NCBI GenBank assembly: GCA_012295275.1
Contig: CM022665.1
Location: 44,950,001-45,014,000 of the forward strand
Length of the DNA: 64,000 nt
Source of the DNA: Chrysomallon squamiferum
Lineage: Eukaryota; Animalia; Mollusca
Reading direction: 5' to 3'
The stretch's first letter is position 1; each line of letters begins with the position of its first letter. This document shows positions 21,595 to 35,700 of this stretch, one piece after another. The translations under genes and the position numbers were made by a program. A model generated the notes under the pieces. The model saw nothing but the letters and a program-made list of their open reading frames with translations, did no database searches and had not been told where the DNA came from.

Positions 21595-24500
21595 GACAAG
21601 TTATATGTTTTGACGAAGATTATCTGTCCAAGCAGTATTGAAACTGAGTAAATTTATTAAAAAACAAAATACAAAACTTGGAACAGCTCACAGCAAACAT
21701 GCCGTCCTTATGTGCAAAGTTCAATACACAGAAAAAGCTACCACGTGGTGTTGATAGAAATAACGGAACCTAAAGCAACGAACGCTCAGTGAGTAAACAC
21801 TAAACGATACAAACTTTCCTTTACATTTCAGGTGAAGAGGATACGTGCAAAACTGTCTACACTGCGATGTTAGCTAGATGTGTTAATAGTACTGGTCACA
21901 CAAACGATACAATGGCGATTATGCTTTCTCGTGGGCAAGAAGGTTCTATTCCGAAAGGGGAATCGGTTTTCACATTCAGGAATAAGCACTGCACGTAAGT
22001 CTATTATCCGTTTCTTTGAGTTAGATGTGTACATTTCTATTTATATACGTATGTATGGCTGAACATACTTGAATAGGTATGTATACGCTTATATCTGTAT
22101 TTGTTTAACTATGATCGTTGCTTCTTATAATCATACCTATATCATTATTCATGGCACTGCTTTTCATGTACACATTTAACAGTATGTTTTCATCTGTTTC
22201 ATTGTGGTACTCACGAAACTGTATTCTGACACTTGTAGGAAAACTAAGATCAATTTGGTATCAACGTGTTTCCAAGATGCTGCTCGTGCCACAGAGAAAA
22301 ATGATAAATGTAAAGGTTTAATTGGAGATAAAATGAAGAAAGACGCGAAAAATAAATCATCGGAATATAAATTAGTTTGCGATGCTGGTAAGTAGATTAG
22401 CCGATCTCTTTCTAAAACCAACAAACACCAAGACAAACACGTCTAGTTGATGCCATGCTATATCATAACATCGACACAAAACAAAGATTTATGTAGATAT
22501 GCCTCTCTCTCTTTGTACGTCCATGCAGTATACTATTAATTGATGTTCTACAATAAATAAATAAAGAAATAAATAACGAAATAAATAAATGATTTTCATA
22601 TCTTGATTTGTTTTCTTCTTCTAAGTTTCTGGCGAGTGGAATGAATGGACAAAAGAGCACGAAAAGTGCAATAACACATGTGGTGTCGGTACAGCTGTTG
22701 TATCGAAAATTCGAACATGTAAGAAACTCCCAGAGACTGGAAACAAACTAAAACTATGCATAGGAGATTCTAACGAAACAGAATATGAATCCTGTGACAC
22801 AACACAATTATGTAAAGGTAAGTAATAATACGAGAAGATTAGTTAGTTATACATCTAAAAAGTAAGATAATGCACTTTAAACAAAAGCCATAAGGAATAA
22901 ACGATAGAAAACGTTTCGAAATAAACACAAATAGAAACACATATATGTGTCTCTCTATTAATATTCACACACGCACACATACATAGAATGTTACTCAGAA
23001 GCAGGTATTCACATTGAAGAACAAACATGTAAACATCAGAGAAACAGACAGGTAATACAGCTGAAATAACTCACACCTATATGCTACCAGATATGTGAAG
23101 ATATAACAATAGAGTTAGCCGAATGCGCCCTATTTATCCCGTGTAGACTAGCAATTCCGGTGGAAAAGTCGAAACACCAATAATACCATTGACCCAAATG
23201 CTCATTGTGCTAGGACAAGTTATATGTTTTGACGAAGATTATCTGTCCAAGCAGTATTGAAACTGAGTAAATTTATTAAAAAACAAAATACAAAACTTGG
23301 AACAGCTCACAGCAAATATGCCGTCCTTATGTGCAAAGTTCAATACACAGAAAAAGCTACCACGTGGTGTTGATAGAAATAACGGAACCTAAAGCAACGA
23401 ACGCTCAGTGAGTAAACACTAAACGATACAAACTTTCCTTTACATTTCAGGTGAAGAGGATACGTGCAAAACTGTCTACACTGCGATGTTAGCTAGATGT
23501 GTTAATAGTACTGGTCACACAAACGATACAATGGCGATTATGCTTTCTCGTGGGCAAGAAGGTTCTATTCCGAAAGGGGAATCGGTTTTCACATTCAGGA
23601 ATAAGCACTGCACGTAAGTCTATTATCCGTTTCTTTGAGTTAGATGTGTACATTTCTATTTATATACGTATGTATGGCTGAACATACTTGAATAGGTATG
23701 TATACGCTTATATCTGTATTTGTTTAATTATGATCGTTGCTTCTTATAATCATACCTATATCATTATTCATGGCAATGCTTTTCATCTAAACATTTAACA
23801 GTATGTTTTCATCTGTTTCATTGTGGTACTCACGAAACTGTATTCTGACACTTGTAGGAAAACTAAGATCAATTTGGTATCAACGTGTTTCCAAGATGCT
23901 GCTCGTGCCACAGAGAAAAATGATAAATGTAAAGGTTTAATTGGAGATAAAATGAAGAAAGACGCGAAAAATAAATCATCGGAATATAAATTAGTTTGCG
24001 ATGCTGGTAAGTAGATTAGCCGATCTCTTTCTAAAACCAACAAACACCAAGACAAACACGTCTAGTTGATGCCATGCTATATCATAACATCGACACAAAA
24101 CAAAGATTTATGTAGATATGCCTCTCTCTCTCTTTGTACGTCCATGCAGTACACTATTAATTGATGTTCAATAAATAAAGAAATAAATAACGAAATAAAT
24201 AAATGATTTTCATATCTTGATTTGTTTTCTTCTTCTAAGTTTCTGGCGAGTGGAATGAATGGACAAAAGAGCACGAAAAGTGCAATAACACATGTGGTGT
24301 CGGTACAGCTGTTGTATCGAAAATTCGAACATGTAAGAAACTCCCAGAGACTGGAAACAAACTAAAACTATGCATAGGAGATTCTAACGAAACAGAATAT
24401 GAATCCTGTGACACAACACAATTATGTAAAGGTAAGTAATAATACGAGAAGATTAGTTAGTTATACATCTAAAAAGTAAGATAATGCACTTTAAACAAAA

Positions 24501-27023
24501 GCCATAAGGAATAAACGATAGAAAACGTTTCGAAATAAACACAAATAGAAACACATATATGTGTCTCTCTATTAATATTCACACACGCACACATACATAG
24601 AATGTTACTCAGAAGCAGGTATTCACATTGAAGAACAAACATGTAAACATCAGAGAAACAGACAGGTAATACAGCTGAAATAACTCACACCTATATGCTA
24701 CCAGATATGTGAAGATATAACAATAGAGTTAGCCGAATGCGCCCTATTTATCCCGTGTAGACTAGCAATTCCGGTGGAAAAGTCGAAACACCAATAATAC
24801 CATTGACCCAAATGCTCATTGTGCTAGGACAAGTTATATGTTTTGACGAAGATTATCTGTCCAAGCAGTATTGAAACTGAGTAAATTTATTAAAAAACAA
24901 AATACAAAACTTGGAACAGCTCACAGCAAACATGCCGTCCTTATGTGCAAAGTTCAATACACAGAAAAAGCTACCACGTGGTGTTGATAGAAATAACGGA
25001 ACCTAAAGCAACGAACGCTCAGTGAGTAAACACTAAACGATACAAACTTTCCTTTACATTTCAGGTGAAGAGGATACGTGCAAAACTGTCTACACTGCGA
25101 TGTTAGCTAGATGTGTTAATAGTACTGGTCACACAAACGATACAATGGCGATTATGCTTTCTCGTGGGCAAGAAGGTTCTATTCCGAAAGGGGAATCGGT
25201 TTTCACATTCAGGAATAAGCACTGCACGTAAGTCTATTATCCGTTTCTTTGAGTTAGATGTGTACATTTCTATTTATATACGTATGTATGGCTGAACATA
25301 CTTGAATAGGTATGTATACGCTTATATCTGTATTTGTTTAATTATGATCGTTGCTTCTTATAATCATACCTATATCATTATTCATGGCAATGCTTTTCAT
25401 CTAAACATTTAACAGTATGTTTTCATCTGTTTCATTGTGGTACTCACGAAACTGTATTCTGACACTTGTAGGAAAACTAAGATCAATTTGGTATCAACGT
25501 GTTTCCAAGATGCTGCTCGTGCCACAGAGAAAAATGATAAATGTAAAGGTTTAATTGGAGATAAAATGAAGAAAGACGCGAAAAATAAATCATCGGAATA
25601 TAAATTAGTTTGCGATGCTGGTAAGTAGATTAGCCGATCTCTTTCTAAAACCAACAAACACCAAGACAAACACGTCTAGTTGATGCCATGCTATATCATA
25701 ACATCGACACAAAACAAAGATTTATGTAGATATGCCTCTCTCTCTTTGTACGTCCATGCAGTATACTATTAATTGATGTTCTACAATAAAGAAATAAAGA
25801 AATAAATAACGAAATAAATAAATGATTTTCATATCTTGATTTGTTTTCTTCTTCTAAGTTTCTGGCGAGTGGAATGAATGGACAAAAGAGCACGAAAAGT
25901 GCAATAACACATGTGGTGTCGGTACAGCTGTTGTATCGAAAATTCGAACATGTAAGAAACTCCCAGAGACTGGAAACAAACTAAAACTATGCATAGGAGA
26001 TTCTAACGAAACAGAATATGAATCCTGTGACACAACACAATTATGTAAAGGTAAGTAATAATACGAGAAGATTAGTTAGTTATACATCTAAAAAGTAAGA
26101 TAATGCACTTTAAACAAAAGCCATAAGGAATAAACGATAGAAAACGTTTCGAAATAAACACAAATAGAAACACATATATGTGTCTCTCTATTAATATTCA
26201 CACACGCACACATACATAGAATGTTACTCAGAAGCAGGTATTCACATTGAAGAACAAACATGTAAACATCAGAAAAACAGACAGGTAATACAGCTGAAAT
26301 AACTCACACCTATATGCTACCAGATATGTGAAGATATAACAATAGAGTTAGCCGAATGCGCCCTATTTATCCCGTGTAGACTAGCAATTCCGGTGGAAAA
26401 GTCGAAACACCAATAATACCATTGACCCAAATGCTCATTGTGCTAGGACAAGTTATATGTTTTGACGAAGATTATCTGTCCAAGCAGTATTGAAACTGAG
26501 TAAATTTATTAAAAAACAAAATACAAAACTTGGAACAGCTCACAGCAAACATGCCGTCCTTATGTGCAAAGTTCAATACACAGAAAAAGCTACCACGTGG
26601 TGTTGATAGAAATAACGGAACCTAAAGCAACGAACGCTCAGTGAGTAAACACTAAACGATACAAACTTTCCTTTACATTTCAGGTGAAGAGGATACGTGC
26701 AAAACTGTCTACACTGCGATGTTAGCTAGATGTGTTAATAGTACTGGTCACACAAACGATACAATGGCGATTATGCTTTCTCGTGGGCAAGAAGGTTCTA
26801 TTCCGAAAGGGGAATCGGTTTTCACATTCAGGAATAAGCACTGCACGTAAGTCTATTATCCGTTTCTTTGAGTTAGATGTGTACATTTCTATTTATATAC
26901 GTATGTATGGCTGAACCTACTTGAATAGGTATGTATACGGTTATATCTGTATTTGTTTAATTATGATCGTTGCTTCTTATAATCATACCTATATCATTAT
27001 TCATGGCAATGCTTTTCATCTAA
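21595..27023 (+). repeat. 1.6 kb tandem array, left arm (~3.4 near-identical copies)
   Basis: GACAAGTTATATG recurs at 21595, 23214, 24828 and 26447 (period 1614-1619). Confidence 0.97.
21832..26846 (+). CDS. Spliced repetitive extracellular protein (6-Cys domain + TSP1 repeat)n, internal exons, left arm
   Basis: Exons A 21832-21994, B 22239-22387, C 22626-22817; then 23451-23613, 23858-24006, 24240-24431; 25065-25227, 25472-25620, 25859-26050; A 26684-26846. All have AG acceptors and GTAAGT donors; 163+149+192=504 nt, phases compatible, no stops. Exon C = VSGEWNEWTKEHEKCNNTCGVGTAVVSKIRTCKKLPETGNKLKLCIGDSNETEYESCDTTQLCK (TSP1 pattern). Confidence 0.85.
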
Positions 27024-29684
27024 CTCAAAGAAACGGATAATAGACTTACGTGCAGTGCTTATTCCTGAATGTGAAAACCGATTCCCCTTTCGGAATAGAA
27101 CCTTCTTGCCCACGAGAAAGCATAATCGCCATTGTATCGTTTGTGTGACCAGTACTATTAACACATCTAGCTAACATCGCAGTGTAGACAGTTTTGCACG
27201 TATCCTCTCACCTGAAATGTAAAGGAACGTTTGTATCGTTTAGTGTTTACTCACTGAGCGTTCGTTGCTTTAGTTTCCGTTATTTCTTTCAACACCACGT
27301 GGTAGCTTTTTCTGTGTATTGAACTTTTCACATAAGGACGGCATATTTGCTGTGTGCTGTTCGAAGTTTGGTTTTTTTTTTTTATAAATTTACTCAGTTT
27401 CAATCGTGCTTGGACAGATAATCTTCGTCAAAACATATAACTTGTCCTAGCACAATGATCATTTGGGTCAATGGTATTATTGGTGTTTCGTCTTTTCCAC
27501 CGGAATTGCTAATCTACACGGGATAAATAGGGTGCATTCGGCTACTTCTATTGTTATATCTTCACATATCTGGTAGCATATAGGTGTGAGTTATTTCAGC
27601 TGTATTACCTGTCTGTTTCTCTGATGTTTACATGTTTGTTCTTCAATGTGAATACCTGCTTCTGAGTAACATTCTATGTATGTGTGTGTGTGTGTGAATA
27701 TTAATATAGAGACACATATATGTGTTTCTATTTGTGTTTATTTCGAAACGTTTTCTATCGTTTATTCCTTATGGCTTTTGTTTAAAGTGCATTATCCTAC
27801 TTTTCACATTTATAACTAACTAATCTTCTCGTATTATTACTTACTTTTACATAATTGTGTTGTGTCACAGGATTCATATTCTGTTTTGTTAGAATCTCCT
27901 ATGCATAGTTTTAGTTTGTTTCCAGTATCTGGGAGTTTCTTACATGTTCGAATTTTCGATACAACAGCTGTACCGACACCACATGTGTTATTGCACTTTT
28001 CGTGCTCTTTTGTCCATTCATTCCACTCGCCAGAAACTTAGAAGAAGAAAACAAATCAAGATATGAAAATTATTTCTTTATTTCTTTATTTCTTTATTTA
28101 TTTATTGTAGAACATCAATTAATAGTATACTGCATGGACGTACAAAGAGAGAGAGGCATATCTACATAAATGTTTGTTTTGTGTCGATGTTATGATATAG
28201 CATGGCATCAACTAGACGTGTTTGTCTTGGTGTTTGTTGGTTTTAGAAAGAGATCGGCTAATCTACTTACCAGCATCGCAAACTAATTTATATTCCGATG
28301 ATTTATTTTTCGCGTCTTTCTTGATTTTATCTCCAATTAAACCTTTACATTTATCATTTTTCTCTGTGGCACGAGCAGCATCTTGGAAACACGTTGATAC
28401 CAAATTGATCTTAGTTTTCCTACAAGTGTCAGAATACAGTTTCGTGAGTACCACAATGAAACAGATGAAAACATACTGTTAAATGTTTAGATGAAAAGCA
28501 TTGCCATGAATAATGATATAGGTATGATTATAAGAAGCAACGATCATAATTAAACAAATACAGATATAACCGTATACATACCTATTCAAGTAGGTTCAGC
28601 CATACATACGTATATAAATAGAAATGTACACATCTAACTCAAAGAAACGGATAATAGACTTACGTGCAGTGCTTATTCCTGAATGTGAAAACCGATTCCC
28701 CTTTCGGAATAGAACCTTCTTGCCCACGAGAAAGCATAATCGCCATTGTATCGTTTGTGTGACCAGTACTATTAACACATCTAGCTAACATCGCAGTGTA
28801 GACAGTTTTGCACGTATCCTCTTCACCTGAAATGTAAAGGAACGTTTGTATCGTTTAGTGTTTACTCACTGAGCGTTCGTTGCTTTAGTTTCCGTTATTT
28901 CTTTCAACACCACGTGGTAGCTTTTTCTGTGTATTGAACTTTTCACATAAGGACGGCATATTTGCTGTGTGCTGTTCGAGTTTTGTTTTTTTTTTTTATA
29001 AATTTACTCAGTTTCAATCGTGCTTGGACAGATAATCTTCGTCAAAACATATAACTTGTCCTAGCACAATGATCATTTGGGTCAATGGTATTATTGGTGT
29101 TTCGTCTTTTCCACCGGAATTGCTAATCTACACGGGATAAATAGGGTGCATTCGGCTACTTCTATTGTTATATCTTCACATATCTGGTAGCATATAGGTG
29201 TGAGTTATTTCAGCTGTATTACCTGTCTGTTTCTCTGATGTTTACATGTTTGTTCTTCAATGTGAATACCTGCTTCTGAGTAACATTCTATGTATGTGTG
29301 CGTGTGTGAATATTAATATAGAGACACATATATGTGTTTCTATTTGTGTTTATTTCGAAACGTTTTCTATCGTTTATTCCTTTCCTTATGGCTTTTTGTT
29401 TAAAGTGCATTATCCTACTTTTCACATTTATAACTAACTAATCTTCTCGTATTATTACTTACTTTTACATAATTGTGTTGTGTCACAGGATTCATATTCT
29501 GTTTTGTTAGAATCTCCTATGCATAGTTTTAGTTTGTTTCCAGTATCTGGGAGTTTCTTACATGTTCGAATTTTCGATACAACAGCTGTACCGACACCAC
29601 ATGTGTTATTGCACTTTTCGTGCTCTTTTGTCCATTCATTCCACTCGCCAGAAACTTAGAAGAAGAAAACAAATCAAGATATGA

Positions 29685-29718
<34 letters not shown>

Positions 29719-32700
29719 TTGTAGAACATCAATTAATAGTATACTGCATGGACGTACAAAGAGAGAGAGGCATATCTACATAAATGTTTGTTTTGTGTCG
29801 ATGTTATGATATAGCATGGCATCAACTAGACGTGTTTGTCTTGGTGTTTGTTGGTTTTAGAAAGAGATCGGCTAATCTACTTACCAGCATCGCAAACTAA
29901 TTTATATTCCGATGATTTATTTTTCGCGTCTTTCTTGATTTTATCTCCAATTAAACCTTTACATTTATCATTTTTCTCTGTGGCACGAGCAGCATCTTGG
30001 AAACACGTTGATACCAAATTGATCTTAGTTTTCCTACAAGTGTCAGAATACAGTTTCGTGAGTACCACAATGAAACAGATGAAAACATACTGTTAAATGT
30101 TTAGATGAAAAGCATTGCCATGAATAATGATATAGGTATGATTATAAGAAGCAACGATCATAATTAAACAAATACAGATATAACCGTATACATACCTATT
30201 CAAGTAGGTTCAGCCATACATACGTATATAAATAGAAATGTACACATCTAACTCAAAGAAACGGATAATAGACTTACGTGCAGTGCTTATTCCTGAATGT
30301 GAAAACCGATTCCCCTTTCGGAATAGAACCTTCTTGCCCACGAGAAAGCATAATCGCCATTGTATCGTTTGTGTGACCAGTACTATTAACACATCTAGCT
30401 AACATCGCAGTGTAGACAGTTTTGCACGTATCCTCTTCACCTGAAATGTAAAGGAACGTTTGTATCGTTTAGTGTTTACTCACTGAGCGTTCGTTGCTTT
30501 AGTTTCCGTTATTTCTTTCAACACCACGTGGTAGCTTTTTCTGTGTATTGAACTTTTCACATAAGGACGGCATATTTGCTGTGTGCTGTTCGAAGTTTTT
30601 GTTTTTTTTTTTTATAAATTTACTCAGTTTCAATCGTGCTTGGACAGATAATCTTCGTCAAAACATATAACTTGTCCTAGCACAATGATCATTTGGGTCA
30701 ATGGTATTATTGGTGTTTCGTCTTTTCCACCGGAATTGCTAATCTACACGGGATAAATAGGGTGCATTCGGCTACTTCTATTGTTATATCTTCACATATC
30801 TGGTAGCATATAGGTGTGAGTTATTTCAGCTGTATTACCTGTCCGTTTGTCTGATGTTTACATGTTTGTTCTTCAATGTGAATACCTGCTTCTGAGTAAC
30901 ATTCTATGTATGTGTGCGTGTGTGAATATTAATATAGAGACACATATATGTGTTTCTATTTGTGTTTATTTCGAAACGTTTTCTATCGTTTATTCCTTAT
31001 GGCTTTTGTTTAAAGTGCATTATCCTACTTTTCACATTTATAACTAACTAATCTTCTCGTATTATTACTTACTTTTACATAATTGTGTTGTGTCACAGGA
31101 TTCATATTCTGTTTTGTTAGAATCTCCTATGCATAGTTTTAGTTTGTTTCCAGTATCTGGGAGTTTCTTACATGTTCGAATTTTCGATACAACAGCTGTA
31201 CCGACACCACATGTGTTATTGCACTTTTCGTGCTCTTTTGTCCATTCATTCCACTCGCCAGAAACTTAGAAGAAGAAAACAAATCAAGATATGAAAATTA
31301 TTTCTTTATTTCTTTATTTATTTATTGTAGAACATCAATTAATAGTATACTGCATGGACGTACAAAGAGAGAGAGGCATATCTACATAAATGTTTGTTTT
31401 GTGTCGATGTTATGATATAGCATGGCATCAACTAGACGTGTTTGTCTTGGTGTTTGTTGGTTTTAGAAAGAGATCGGCTAATCTACTTACCAGCATCGCA
31501 AACTAATTTATATTCCGATGATTTATTTTTCGCGTCTTTCTTGATTTTATCTCCAATTAAACCTTTACATTTATCATTTTTCTCTGTGGCACGAGCAGCA
31601 TCTTGGAAACACGTTGATACCAAATTGATCTTAGTTTTCCTACAAGTGTCAGAATACAGTTTCGTGAGTACCACAATGAAACAGATGAAAAAATACTGTT
31701 AAATGTTTAGATGAAAAGCATTGCCATGAATAATGATATAGGTATGATTATAAGAAGCAACGATCATAATTAAACAAATACAGATATAACCGTATACATA
31801 CCTATTCAAGTAGGTTCAGCCATACATACGTATATAAATAGAAATGTACACATCTAACTCAAAGAAACGGATAATAGACTTACGTGCAGTGCTTATTCCT
31901 GAATGTGAAAACCGATTCCCCTTTCGGAATAGAACCTTCTTGCCCACGAGAAAGCATAATCGCCATTGTATCGTTTGTGTGACCAGTACTATTAACACAT
32001 CTAGCTAACATCGCAGTGTAGACAGTTTTGCACGTATCCTCTTCACCTGAAATGTAAAGGAAAGTTTGTATCGTTTAGTGTTTACTCACTGAGCGTTCGT
32101 TGCTTTAGGTTCCGTTATTTCTTTCAACACCACGTGGTAGCTTTTTCTGTGTATTGAACTTTTCACATAAGGACGGCATATTTGCTGTGAGCTGTTCGAA
32201 GTTTGGTTTTTTTTTTATAAATTTACTCAGTTTCAATCGTGCTTGGACAGATAATCTTCGTCAAAACATATAACTTGTCCTAGCACAATGATCATTTGGG
32301 TCAATGGTATTATTGGTGTTTCGTCTTTTCCACCGGAATTGCTAATCTACACGGGATAAATAGGGTGCATTCGGCTACTTCTATTGTTATATCTTCACAT
32401 ATCTGGTAGCATATAGGTGTGAGTTATTTCAGCTGTATTACCTGTCTGTTTCTCTGATGTTTACATGTTTGTTCTTCAATGTGAATACCTGCTTCTGAGT
32501 AACATTCTATGTATGTGTGCGTGTGTGAATATTAATATAGAGACACATATATGTGTTTCTATTTGTGTTTATTTCGAAACGTTTTCTATCGTTTATTCCT
32601 TATGGCTTTTGTTTAAAGTGCATTATCCTACTTTTCACATTTATAACTAACTAATCTTCTCGTATTATTACTTACTTTTACATAATTGTGTTGTGTCACA

Positions 32701-35700
32701 GGATTCATATTCTGTTTTGTTAGAATCTCCTATGCATAGTTTTAGTTTGTTTCCAGTATCTGGGAGTTTCTTACATGTTCGAATTTTCGATACAACAGCT
32801 GTACCGACACCACATGTGTTATTGCACTTTTCGTGCTCTTTTGTCCATTCATTCCACTCGCCAGAAACTTAGAAGAAGAAAACAAATCAAGATATGAAAA
32901 TTATTTATTTATTTCTTTATTTATTTATTGTAGAACATCAATTAATAGTATACTGCATGGACGTACAAAGAGAGAGAGGCATATCTACATAAATGTTTGT
33001 TTTGTGTCGATGTTATGATATAGCATGGCATCAACTAGACGTGTTTGTCTTGGTGTTTGTTGGTTTTAGAAAGAGATCGGCTAATCTACTTACCAGCATC
33101 GCAAACTAATTTATATTCCGATGATTTATTTTTCGCGTCTTTCTTGATTTTATCTCCAATTAAACCTTTACATTTATCATTTTTCTCTGTGGCACGAGCA
33201 GCATCTTGGAAACACGTTGATACCAAATTGATCTTAGTTTTCCTACAAGTGTCAGAATACAGTTTCGTGAGTACCACAATGAAACAGATGAAAACATACT
33301 GTTAAATGTTTAGATGAAAAGCATTGCCATGAATAATGATATAGGTATGATTATAAGAAGCAACGATCATAATTAAACAAATACAGATATAACCGTATAC
33401 ATACCTATTCAAGTAGGTTCAGCCATACATACGTATATAAATAGAAATGTACACATCTAACTCAAAGAAACGGATAATAGACTTACGTGCAGTGCTTATT
33501 CCTGAATGTGAAAACCGATTCCCCTTTCGGAATAGAACCTTCTTGCCCACGAGAAAGCATAATCGCCATTGTATCGTTTGTGTGACCAGTACTATTAACA
33601 CATCTAGCTAACATCGCAGTGTAGACAGTTTTGCACGTATCCTCTTCACCTGAAATGTAAAGGAACGTTTGTATCGTTTAGTGTTTACTCACTGAGCGTT
33701 CGTTGCTTTAGTTTCCGTTATTTCTTTCAACACCACGTGGTAGCTTTTTCTGTGTATTGAACTTTTCACATAAGGACGGCATATTTGCTGTGAGCTGTTC
33801 GAAGTTTGGTATTTTTTTTTTATAAATTTACTCAGTTTCAATCGTGCTTGGACAGATAATCTTCGTCAAAACATATAACTTGTCCTAGCACAATGATCAT
33901 TTGGGTCAATGGTATTATTGGTGTTTCGTCTTTTCCACCGGAATTGCTAATCTACACGGGATAAATAGGGTGCATTCGGCTACTTCTATTGTTATATCTT
34001 CACATATCTGGTAGCATATAGGTGTGAGTTATTTCAGCTGTATTACCTGTCTGTTTCTCTGATGTTTACATGTTTGTTCTTCAATGTGAATACCTGCTTC
34101 TGAGTAACATTCTATGTATGTGTGCGTGTGTGAATATTAATATAGAGACACATATATGTGTTTCTATTTGTGTTTATTTCGAAACGTTTTCTATCGTTTA
34201 TTCCTTATGGCTTTTGTTTAAAGTGCATTATCCTACTTTTCACATTTATAACTAACTAATCTTCTCGTATTATTACTTACTTTTACATAATTGTGTTGTG
34301 TCACAGGATTCATATTCTGTTTTGTTAGAATCTCCTATGCATAGTTTTAGTTTGTTTCCAGTATCTGGGAGTTTCTTACATGTTCGAATTTTCGATACAA
34401 CAGCTGTACCGACACCACATGTGTTATTGCACTTTTCGTGCTCTTTTGTCCATTCATTCCACTCGCCAGAAACTTAGAAGAAGAAAACAAATCAAGATAT
34501 GAAAATTATTTCTTTATTTATTTTTTATTTATTTATTGTAGAACATCAATTAATAGTATACTGCATGGACGTACAAAAGAGAGAGAGGCATATCTACATA
34601 AATCTTTGTTTTGTGTCGATGTTATGATATAGCATGGCATCAACTAGACGTGTTTGTCTTGGTGTTTGTTGGTTTTAGAAAGAGATCGGCTAATCTACTT
34701 ACCAGCATCGCAAACTAATTTATATTCCGATGATTTATTTTTCGCGTCTTTCTTGATTTTATCTCCAATTAAACCTTTACATTTATCATTTTTCTCTGTG
34801 GCACGAGCAGCATCTTGGAAACACGTTGATACCAAATTGATCTTAGTTTTCCTACAAGTGTCAGAATACAGTTTCGTGAGTACCACAATGAAACAGATGA
34901 AAACATACTGTTAAATGTTTAGATGAAAAGCATTGCCATGAATAATGATATAGGTATGATTATAAGAAGCAACGATCATAATTAAACAAATACAGATATA
35001 ACCGTATACATACCTATTCAAGTAGGTTCAGCCATACATACGTATATAAATAGAAATGTACACATCTAACTCAAAGAAACGGATAATAGACTTACGTGCA
35101 GTGCTTATTCCTGAATGTGAAAACCGATTCCCCTTTCGGAATAGAACCTTCTTGCCCACGAGAAAGCATAATCGCCATTGTATCGTTTGTGTGACCAGTA
35201 CTATTAACACATCTAGCTAACATCGCAGTGTAGACAGTTTTGCACGTATCCTCTTCACCTGAAATGTAAAGGAACGTTTGTATCGTTTAGTGTTTACTCA
35301 CTGAGCGTTCGTTGCTTTAGTTTCCGTTATTTCTTTCAACACCACGTGGTAGCTTTTTCTGTGTATTGAACTTTTCACATAAGGACGGCATATTTGCTGT
35401 GTGCTGTTCGAAGTTTGGTTTTTTTTTTTATAAATTTACTCAGTTTCAATCGTGCTTGGACAGATAATCTTCGTCAAAACATATAACTTGTCCTAGCACA
35501 ATGATCATTTGGGTCAATGGTATTATTGGTGTTTCGTCTTTTCCACCGGAATTGCTAATCTACACGGGATAAATAGGGTGCATTCGGCTACTTCTATTGT
35601 TATATCTTCACATATCTGGTAGCATATAGGTGTGAGTTATTTCAGCTGTATTACCTGTCTGTTTCTCTGATGTTTACATGTTTGTTCTTCAATGTGAATA

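Noticed and set aside
21354-21651. ORFs spanning the N run
   Set aside because: Artefacts of the assembly gap.
22183-22238. Upstream acceptor for exon B giving a signal-peptide-like YVFICFIVVLTKLYS
   Set aside because: Out of phase with exon A (reaches a stop); the downstream acceptor ending at 22238 has a branch-like motif and keeps frame.
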